The position numbers were made by a program, and so were the translations under genes. From Eubacteriales bacterium (GTDB taxonomy: Bacteria > Bacillota > Clostridia > Christensenellales > UMGS416): a stretch of 64,000 nucleotides of DNA. Where the stretch lies: the NCBI GenBank assembly GCA_040883315.1, contig JBFLKU010000003.1, forward strand, positions 30,012 through 94,011. The letters run 5' to 3'. Positions within the stretch are counted from its first letter, which is position 1, and the number at the start of each line of letters is the position of its first letter. This document shows positions 56,953 to 64,000 of this stretch, piece by piece. The notes under the pieces were generated by a model. The model had not been told where the DNA came from and searched no databases. It was given only the letters and a program-made list of their open reading frames with translations.

Positions 56953-57189
56953 TGACCTAGGTTGTATTACAGAAGAAAAAGGGAGCATAATTAAGCACAA
57001 ACAGGTGCAAGCGCATTTTTTTACCAATAAACAATTAGAATTTAAATTTCAAGAGATAAAAACAAATCGATATTATAAAATTATAGGCAAAATATGTTTT
57101 TCTTTGCTTTAGTGACGTTTTTGTCATATGCATGTTATAGAGTTGCATATATCTAATACACAACCCAATTATTTGAACAGGAGAAAAAA

Positions 57190-58671
57190 ATGAACGAAAT
57201 AAACCTTGAAAGCATGAAGGTTTCCGAGCTGAAGAAACTAGCAGAAGAGTCTAATCTGGAGCTGCCTCCAAAGGCGAAAAAGGACGAGATAATTAAAATA
57301 ATACAAAAAAAGATAGACGAATATAATGAGCAGATTGAAAACGGCGGAATTGTTATAAGCAAATCTGACGCAGAAAATGAAGCAAAAAAAGTTTCAGTTA
57401 TTGATGATGATTTTGATGAAGAAGATGAGATTTTTGAAGATGAAAGCAGCAAACCTGCGAAAAAGCCAAAAGGGAAAAAGAAAAAGGACAATTCTGCTGC
57501 AGTAAATGAAATGATTAAAAATGAAGACTGCGGAGAAGCGTATGGGGTGCTAGACATTCAGCAAGACGGATATGGATTTTTACGTTCAGTTCAGAAAGGT
57601 GAAAAAGACGTTTATGTATCGATAAATCAAATAAGGAAATTCAAGCTTCGCCAAGGGGATTTGGTGAAAGGGCTGACAAGACCAGAAAAAGAAAACGAAA
57701 GATATCTGGCAATGCTCTACATTACAGAGATTAACGGGCAAACACCCGGAGAAATACAAAAGAGAAAGCATTTTGAAGACTTAGTGCCAGTATTCCCTGA
57801 GGAGAAGCTGGTGCTTGAAAGAATAGAACACCCAAATCAAATAGCATTAAGGCTGGTAGACCTGGTAGCACCTGTAGGAAAAGGACAGCGCGGAATGATT
57901 GTGTCTCCGCCGAAAGCAGGAAAGACTACATTGCTAAAAAATATTGCCAACGCAATATCATCGAATTATCCAGAAATACATTTGATAGTTCTACTAATAG
58001 ATGAGCGTCCTGAAGAAGTGACGGATATGCAGCGCTCCACAAAGGGCGAAGTTATATCTTCAACATTCGATGAACGTCCGGAAAATCACTGCAAGATTGC
58101 AGAGATGGTGTTAGAGCGTGCCAAGAGACTTGTTGAGCAGGACAAGGACGTTGTTATCCTGCTGGATTCAATTACAAGACTTGCAAGAGCATACAACCTG
58201 ACAGTAGCACCATCCGGAAGAACTCTATCAGGCGGACTAGACCCAACAGCATTGTTTAAGCCGAAAAGATTTTTTGGTGCAGCAAGAAATATTGAGCACG
58301 GCGGCTCGCTGACAATTTTGGCGACTGCATTGGTGGATACAGGCTCTCGTATGGACGACATAGTATATGAAGAATTTAAGGGCACAGGAAACATGGAGCT
58401 TCATTTGGACAGAAGGCTGCAGGAGCGCAGAATATTCCCAGCCATAGATTTATATAGAAGCGGCACAAGACGTGAAGAAGTCCTGATGAGCAAAGAAGAA
58501 GTAGAGACTATCTGGAAGGTGAGAAAGCTGCTGGCTGGAAACCAAGAAACCGCAACTGAACAGCTGGTAGATATGATGACAAAAACCACTACAAATGCAG
58601 AATTTGTGGTTAAACTTAACCAATGGCTAAACCTGATGGACAAGGAAGGATTTAGGCAGCCGGGCAGATAA
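57190..58671 (+). CDS. rho: transcription termination factor Rho (with charged N-terminal insertion)
   Basis: 493 aa. Rho_N helix bundle, CSD-like RNA-binding domain (DGYGFLR), Walker A PPKAGKTT, and Q/R loops. Confidence 0.95.
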   Translation: MNEINLESMKVSELKKLAEESNLELPPKAKKDEIIKIIQKKIDEYNEQIENGGIVISKSDAENEAKKVSVIDDDFDEEDEIFEDESSKPAKKPKGKKKKDNSAAVNEMIKNEDCGEAYGVLDIQQDGYGFLRSVQKGEKDVYVSINQIRKFKLRQGDLVKGLTRPEKENERYLAMLYITEINGQTPGEIQKRKHFEDLVPVFPEEKLVLERIEHPNQIALRLVDLVAPVGKGQRGMIVSPPKAGKTTLLKNIANAISSNYPEIHLIVLLIDERPEEVTDMQRSTKGEVISSTFDERPENHCKIAEMVLERAKRLVEQDKDVVILLDSITRLARAYNLTVAPSGRTLSGGLDPTALFKPKRFFGAARNIEHGGSLTILATALVDTGSRMDDIVYEEFKGTGNMELHLDRRLQERRIFPAIDLYRSGTRREEVLMSKEEVETIWKVRKLLAGNQETATEQLVDMMTKTTTNAEFVVKLNQWLNLMDKEGFRQPGR

Positions 58672-58832
58672 AAGGCAAAAAATAGTGAACAAAAGTGAAT
58701 ATAAAAGAAAATACTTATAAATTTTTTGCATATTAGCAAAATATGTTTGAAATAAATCCCATTGTGATATATTATTATTGTTATAGTTGAGGGTAAATAC
58801 AGTAAGATTTCGTAAACAAAGAAGGTGATTTT

Positions 58833-60524
58833 ATGGCGAGACATAAAAAGTATTTGGGTGAAATGCTTGTTGAAGCAGGAATTATCACAAATATGCAGCT
58901 GGAAGAAGCTCTGGATATTCAGCGTAAAACTCAGGGTAAGAGACTTGGAACAATATTGAGGGAATTGGGATATGCTGATGACCAGATAATAATGAGTGTT
59001 CTTGAGGCTCAGTTGGGTGTACCATTTGTTGATTTAACTAGTGTTCAGATTCCGCAGGAAATGATAAAGCTAGTTCCGGTTAATATAGCAAAGAAACACA
59101 AACTAATACCACTTAAAGTAGAAAATGATTTACTATATGTAGCAATGGAAGACCCATTCTCGTTTTTAGCTATCGAGGATGTTCGCCGTGTTGCCAGAAT
59201 GGAAGTGAAAACATTTCTGGCAAAAGCCGAGCAAATTTTGGCTGCAATCGAGAAGCTATATAGCAGAGAGCATACAGAAAAAGCATTGAAAGACCTTTCG
59301 GTCAGCACATCTCAGGAAGATATCGTAGATGATGTAAGTGTTTCTGAAAATGACGTAGTAGGAAATGCTCCTGTTGTAAGACTGGTTAATTCCATTATTG
59401 AAGAAGCAATTAACACAGGCACAAGTGATATACACATTGAGCCTATGGAAGATATAGTCCGTGTAAGGAACAGAACAGATGGTACTCTTAGAAAAGTTTT
59501 GGATACTCCAAAATATCTGCTGCCATCAATTATTGCAAGAATAAAAATAATGGGTGCTATGAACATAGCAGAAAAAAGAGTGCCTCAGGACGGACGTACA
59601 CAAGTTAGCCTTTCGGGCAAAGAGATAGATATTCGTATTTCTACATTGCCTACCATACATGGTGAAAAGGCTGTTATGCGTTTGCTGGACAGGTCATCAT
59701 TCCTTCGTCCAAAATCCGAACTTGGCTTCACAGCCAAAAACGACGCACTATTTGAAGAGCTGCTGCAAAACCCGCATGGCATCATACTGGTTACAGGACC
59801 TACCGGTTCTGGTAAATCCACCACTTTGTACACCATGCTTAGTGAGCTGAACCAAGAAAAAGATAATATAATTACAGTTGAAGACCCTGTTGAATATCAA
59901 ATAGCCGGACTTAACCAAGTACACGTAAATATGAAAGCCGGTTTGGATTTCCCAACAGCACTTAAATCTATTCTGCGTCAAGACCCAGACATTATAATGA
60001 TCGGTGAGATTCGTGACAGCGAGACCGTGGAAATAGCAACAAGAGCTGCTATTACCGGTCACTTAGTTCTGTCTACAATCCATACCAATGACTCTGTTTC
60101 CACTATCTCACGTTTGATAGATATGGGAATTGAGGAATTTATGCTGGCTGCTTCACTTGTTGGCATTATAGCTCAAAGACTGGTTAAGCTAAATTGTAAA
60201 TTCTGCAAACAGCCAATAAAGCTATCTCAAAAAGAGCTGGACTACTGCAAAATTACAGATCCTGAAAATTATACTTTCACAAAAGGAGTGGGCTGCCCGA
60301 ACTGCAACGGCACAGGGCTGAAGGGCAGAACAGCTGTGCATGAAGTTTTAATGATGGATAGAAAGATGCGTGATATGATATCCAGCAAAAAATCAGTAGA
60401 TGAAATCCGCGACTATGCTATATCAAAAGGATTAAGCACATTGAAAGACGAGTGCATAAGACTTTTGAAAGAAGGTAAAATTACCATAGAAGAAGTATAT
60501 AGCGTAGCATATTCAGGCGAATAA
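58833..60524 (+). CDS. pilB: type IV pilus / T2SS assembly ATPase PilB (GspE family) with N-terminal MshEN-type domain
   Basis: 563 aa. Walker A GPTGSGKST, Asp/His boxes, and tetracysteine CKFC...CPNC. The N-terminus carries tandem LGxxLVxxGII...L...L..Q and RLGxxL...Q motifs. Confidence 0.88.
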   Translation: MARHKKYLGEMLVEAGIITNMQLEEALDIQRKTQGKRLGTILRELGYADDQIIMSVLEAQLGVPFVDLTSVQIPQEMIKLVPVNIAKKHKLIPLKVENDLLYVAMEDPFSFLAIEDVRRVARMEVKTFLAKAEQILAAIEKLYSREHTEKALKDLSVSTSQEDIVDDVSVSENDVVGNAPVVRLVNSIIEEAINTGTSDIHIEPMEDIVRVRNRTDGTLRKVLDTPKYLLPSIIARIKIMGAMNIAEKRVPQDGRTQVSLSGKEIDIRISTLPTIHGEKAVMRLLDRSSFLRPKSELGFTAKNDALFEELLQNPHGIILVTGPTGSGKSTTLYTMLSELNQEKDNIITVEDPVEYQIAGLNQVHVNMKAGLDFPTALKSILRQDPDIIMIGEIRDSETVEIATRAAITGHLVLSTIHTNDSVSTISRLIDMGIEEFMLAASLVGIIAQRLVKLNCKFCKQPIKLSQKELDYCKITDPENYTFTKGVGCPNCNGTGLKGRTAVHEVLMMDRKMRDMISSKKSVDEIRDYAISKGLSTLKDECIRLLKEGKITIEEVYSVAYSGE

Positions 60525-60538
60525 TATAAGGAGAGAAT

Positions 60539-61588
60539 ATGGATACTCAAGAATTACTTGTACATACAGCGCAGATAGGTGCTTCTGACTTACATATTAC
60601 TGTAGGGTCTCCGCCAATATGCCGTCTTCACGGCAAACTACACCCATTGACAGACCAGATTATGATGCCGGTTGATACTAGAAAATTCGTTACGGATATT
60701 TTAGACAGGGACCAATGGGATGAGATGAACAAAACAGGTGAGCTGGACTTATCAATCTCTGCTGCAGGACGTTTTAGATATCGTGTTAACGTATATAAGC
60801 AAAGAGACTGCTATGCTGTTGCTCTGAGATTGGTTAAAAGTGAAATACCAGATGCTAAGGATTTGGGTCTGCCCCAGTCTGTAATGGATTTGACAAACAA
60901 CACAAGAGGATTGGTTTTGGTTACAGGACCAACAGGTTCTGGTAAATCCACTACCTTGGCTTCCATGATAAACCTGATTAACAGCACTCGCGGTGACCAT
61001 ATAATAACAATTGAAGACCCAATAGAATTTCTGCATAAGCACAAGAAGAGCCTAGTGAACCAAAGAGAAGTAGGCAGAGATACCAATTCATATGCAAACG
61101 CACTGCGCGCTGCACTGCGTCAAGACCCAGACATCATCCTAATCGGTGAAATGCGTGACTTGGAAACTATAGAAATCGCTTTGCGTGCTGCTGAAACAGG
61201 ACACTTGGTTTTCTCTACACTGCATACTACAGGAGCAGCAAAAACTATTGACCGTATTATAGACGTTTTCCCGCCCCACCAGCAGACGCAGGTAAGAATG
61301 CAGCTCTCTACTTCAATTCAGGGCGTTGTATCCCAGCAGTTGATACCAAGACAGGACAAAGAGGGAAGATGCTGTGCAATAGAAGTTATGAAAAGATCAC
61401 CGGCTGTAAGCAACATGATACGTGAAGGAAAAACTTCACAAGTTAATAATATTATTATGACATCAGGTCAGCAGGGTATGAGTCTGATGGATTATTCAAT
61501 AGCGGGGCTATTTAAGCAAGGAAAAATATCCAGAGAAAATGCAGTTAAGTACTGCCAGGATATTGATTATTTAAACAGATTGATGTAG
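60539..61588 (+). CDS. pilT: twitching-motility retraction ATPase PilT
   Basis: 349 aa. GPTGSGKST and IGEMRD. PilT-specific C-terminal region. Confidence 0.9.
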   Translation: MDTQELLVHTAQIGASDLHITVGSPPICRLHGKLHPLTDQIMMPVDTRKFVTDILDRDQWDEMNKTGELDLSISAAGRFRYRVNVYKQRDCYAVALRLVKSEIPDAKDLGLPQSVMDLTNNTRGLVLVTGPTGSGKSTTLASMINLINSTRGDHIITIEDPIEFLHKHKKSLVNQREVGRDTNSYANALRAALRQDPDIILIGEMRDLETIEIALRAAETGHLVFSTLHTTGAAKTIDRIIDVFPPHQQTQVRMQLSTSIQGVVSQQLIPRQDKEGRCCAIEVMKRSPAVSNMIREGKTSQVNNIIMTSGQQGMSLMDYSIAGLFKQGKISRENAVKYCQDIDYLNRLM

Positions 61589-61689
61589 CAAAATTTGCTG
61601 CCGTCTGAGATTTATGACGAGTGAGGGATATTTTAGAGCGTTGTGTTTTAGGATATCCTTTTTATTTGTTTAGGGCGCAAAGGACATAT

Positions 61690-63138
61690 ATGAAAAAGTG
61701 GGAAAATAAAAATTTGTCTCTTGAAGAAAGAGCAAAATATTTTGTTAAAGACATGTCTAGAGAAGACAAAGCAGATGAAATAGCTAGAGTTGTTTCGTCT
61801 ATTCCTGTATTGGATATTTTTAAAAGTACAGCGGATGATATTTATAAGGAAGAAATTGTGGATAGAATTTGTTCTGCTTTTCCTCCCATCAGCTGCATAG
61901 GAGCTATGTTTGGGAATGAACTATCTTATGATGCTGCATATTATTATATAAACTATGCTATAGATAAAAAAATAATCAATGAAAAAACTCTCGACAGCAT
62001 AATATATAAAATCATTTATCATAAAATTAATTCAGGCAATGCCATGCTTGAGAAGCACACTAGAAGCAGAACTAGAGAAAAAAGAAATGCTTTTGATAAG
62101 GGTGAGCAGATGATAGCAGAAAGCACAGTGCTGCTGAAAAACAACGGTCTTCTGCCACTGTCAAAAGACAAAGTAGGAAGCATAGCTATAATAGGTCCAA
62201 ACGCCAACTGTACAGAGGTGCTAACGGGAGAGCCAGATGGTTCGGATACAAACACCGTTTTTCATGGGCTTTTGGAAGCCTACCCTAGTGTAAAAATATT
62301 GTATGCAAAAGGATGTGGATATTCGAGAGAGCTCGACGAAAAAGAAGCATATGAAGCTGTGAAAGTGGCGGAGCAAGCGGAGATTATTGTTCTGGCACTG
62401 GGGCTGACTCCTGAGATGGAGGGCAAAGCAAAAGGAAAAGAAACCGTATGGAGTTTGCCGAAATCCCAGATAGAGCTAATGGAGAAAATACACAGAATGG
62501 GGAAGCCTATCGTCTTGCTTAATTTTTCCGGAGCATGCGTAGATTTAGGCAGGGCTGATAAAATATGTGATGCGATTATGCAGTGCTGGTATCCCTATAA
62601 AAAGACCGATGAAACAGTTTCAAAACTGCTATTTAATGATTATCAGCCTACAGGAAAGCTGCCTTTCACTTTCTATAGAAATGCCGATACAACTGAAGAG
62701 TCGGCAAAGAAAAACAAGGAAATACTATATCCTTTTGGATATGGACTGAATTATTCAAATATCGAGTACTACAGAATATATTTATCTAGCGCCAGCATAG
62801 AGGCGGGCGAGGATATTGTGGTGACAATATATGCAAAGAACAAAGGAAAGTACAGCACAAAGGACACAGTTCAGGTATATTTGGTGGATGAACAGGCAAG
62901 CATAAAAGTGCCTGAAATGAAATTAGCTGCATCAAAACTGGTGGAACTGCCAAAGGACAAAGAAGTGAAAATTTCTCTAAGGATTAGAGCTGAGGATATG
63001 GCTACGACTAAAGAAGACGGAACCATAGTGATAGAGCCAGGAAGATTTTCGATGTATGTAGGCAGCGGACAGCCCGATGATTTAACGGCTGAGCTTTATA
63101 ATAGAGATTGTCTGCATATTGGATTTTTAGTAGAATAG
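61690..63138 (+). CDS. glycoside hydrolase family 3-like protein lacking most of the N-terminal catalytic barrel
   Basis: GH3 C-terminal alpha/beta domain (VLLKNNGLLPL...IAIIGPNA...) and Fn3-like domain (GYGLNYS...VQVYL...) are present. Only ~150 aa precede them. Start moved to the ATG at 61690. The track start at 61621 is GTG. Confidence 0.7.
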   Translation: MKKWENKNLSLEERAKYFVKDMSREDKADEIARVVSSIPVLDIFKSTADDIYKEEIVDRICSAFPPISCIGAMFGNELSYDAAYYYINYAIDKKIINEKTLDSIIYKIIYHKINSGNAMLEKHTRSRTREKRNAFDKGEQMIAESTVLLKNNGLLPLSKDKVGSIAIIGPNANCTEVLTGEPDGSDTNTVFHGLLEAYPSVKILYAKGCGYSRELDEKEAYEAVKVAEQAEIIVLALGLTPEMEGKAKGKETVWSLPKSQIELMEKIHRMGKPIVLLNFSGACVDLGRADKICDAIMQCWYPYKKTDETVSKLLFNDYQPTGKLPFTFYRNADTTEESAKKNKEILYPFGYGLNYSNIEYYRIYLSSASIEAGEDIVVTIYAKNKGKYSTKDTVQVYLVDEQASIKVPEMKLAASKLVELPKDKEVKISLRIRAEDMATTKEDGTIVIEPGRFSMYVGSGQPDDLTAELYNRDCLHIGFLVE

Positions 63139-63162
63139 AAAAGATTTTGAAAGCATAAGATA

Positions 63163-63663
63163 ATGATTAATATAAGAAAAGCAAATGAAGAGGACATGAT
63201 GCAGATATCCCAAATAAGACCTGAAGTATACAAGAAAATGATGGAGATGGGCCTTGAACAGTGGGATGACAACTATCCTACGGATGGAATTCTGCTTGAG
63301 GATATAAAAAAGGGCGAAATGCTGGTTGCATTAATCGAAGATGAAATAGCAGGATATGTGACTGTGAATGAAGAACAGCCGGCAGAATATGATGATATTG
63401 AGTTTCAGTTTAGTCCTAAGCTATGTGTGCATAGACTGAGTGTAAACCCGAAGTATGCAAGGCGTGGTGTAGCCATGAACATTATGGAGTATATACATTC
63501 GCATTACAAAGAGCAAAATTATAAATCTATTTGCTTGGATACATCCGATGCCAATAAGGCGGCTTTAGGGCTATATAGCAAGCTGGGATATACGATAAGA
63601 GGATATGTGAACTTTAAGAGAAAGCCACAGTATAGATTTCCAGTGATGGAAATTAGACTTTAG
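63163..63663 (+). CDS. GNAT-family N-acetyltransferase
   Basis: 166 aa. LSVNPKYARRGVAMNIM acetyl-CoA motif. Confidence 0.8.
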   Translation: MINIRKANEEDMMQISQIRPEVYKKMMEMGLEQWDDNYPTDGILLEDIKKGEMLVALIEDEIAGYVTVNEEQPAEYDDIEFQFSPKLCVHRLSVNPKYARRGVAMNIMEYIHSHYKEQNYKSICLDTSDANKAALGLYSKLGYTIRGYVNFKRKPQYRFPVMEIRL

Positions 63664-63685
63664 AATATAGAGAGGATGTAGAATT

Positions 63686-64000
63686 TTGAAGGTATTTTTG
63701 CTGGCAGAAAAGCCGACACAAAATAGTGTAGCATTTTGGAATTTGCTGGGGAAGCAGTGCGAACTGACAGTGGCATTTCAAGAATATGCTGATAAAGACG
63801 GAGAATGGGTATTTTCGCCTGCAGGCAATAGCTTTAAATTTATGTATCTTACGGGTATAAACCTGGGCAAGGGTGTAGGAATTGCCTACGGTATAAAAAG
63901 AATAATAAACGAAGAAGCATTTGACGTGTTTGTGATAAACGACTATGAAACAGGTGCGGAGAAGGCAGCCATTAAAGAGCTGATTTTTTCGGGCAAAAAG
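63686..64000 (+). CDS. partial ORF running off the window end (unknown function, possibly glycosyltransferase-like)
   Basis: Open frame of 105 codons from a TTG at 63686, with an AGAGGA SD 9 nt upstream. It is not in the supplied track because it is incomplete. Confidence 0.35.
   Translation, partial: MKVFLLAEKPTQNSVAFWNLLGKQCELTVAFQEYADKDGEWVFSPAGNSFKFMYLTGINLGKGVGIAYGIKRIINEEAFDVFVINDYETGAEKAAIKELIFSGKK

Noticed and set aside
56805-57189. Switch from a 30-kb minus-strand gene block to plus-strand genes, considered as a possible replication origin.
   Set aside because: The 385-bp gap has no dnaA/dnaN genes, no cluster of TTATCCACA-like boxes and no AT-rich unwinding repeats. The divergence is explained by the GNAT and rho promoters.
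57087-58748. Identical 13-mer GCAAAATATGTTT on both sides of rho (57087-57099 and 58736-58748).
   Set aside because: The 13-mer is AT-rich in an AT-rich genome. There is no associated dyad or positional logic relative to the promoters. It could be chance and is not enough to call a site.

Overview
AT-rich, densely coded chromosomal segment of a Firmicutes/Clostridia-type anaerobe. I saw no rRNA, tRNA, CRISPR, IS or prophage signal. Gene order is as follows. (1) gmd. (2) A permease plus DUF362-lipoprotein pair. (3) typA. (4) A four-domain rhodanese lipoprotein. (5) DUF1232, HTHP-motif and HAD genes. (6) A MerR/TipA regulator. (7) A ZIP transporter plus MBL-rhodanese operon. (8) A rubredoxin-like gene. 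(9) A divergent NifX-like / MinD-ferredoxin / DUF5320 // DUF134 / Mrp locus. (10) ccdA-tlpA-msrAB co-transcribed with an AraC-type two-component system. (11) A TetR-controlled ABC-2 exporter. (12) A 30-kb minus-strand block holding trpE-GD-C-F-B-A, pstSCAB-phoU-phoPR, a GGDEF/EAL protein, two L,D-transpeptidase lipoproteins and pyrR-P-B-C-F-carAB-pyrK-D-E. (13) A GNAT gene, rho, pilB-pilT, a GH3-like protein, a second GNAT gene and a partial ORF. The most interesting item is the 12.8-17.0 kb divergon. It matches the composition of the poorly understood anaerobe-specific orange-protein (ORP) complex locus, but it has a DUF134 regulator and an exact 11-bp inverted repeat placed just downstream of both outward-facing promoters. 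Other notable items are: a TRAP-like array of 5-nt-periodic NAG triplets covering the trpE ribosome-binding site; an L,D-transpeptidase fused to a VanX-like domain with its catalytic residues substituted; a GH3 protein lacking the core of its catalytic barrel; and a duplicated rhodanese lipoprotein with one catalytic Cys among four domains. All calls rest on reading the translated ORFs and the raw sequence. No database search was run.
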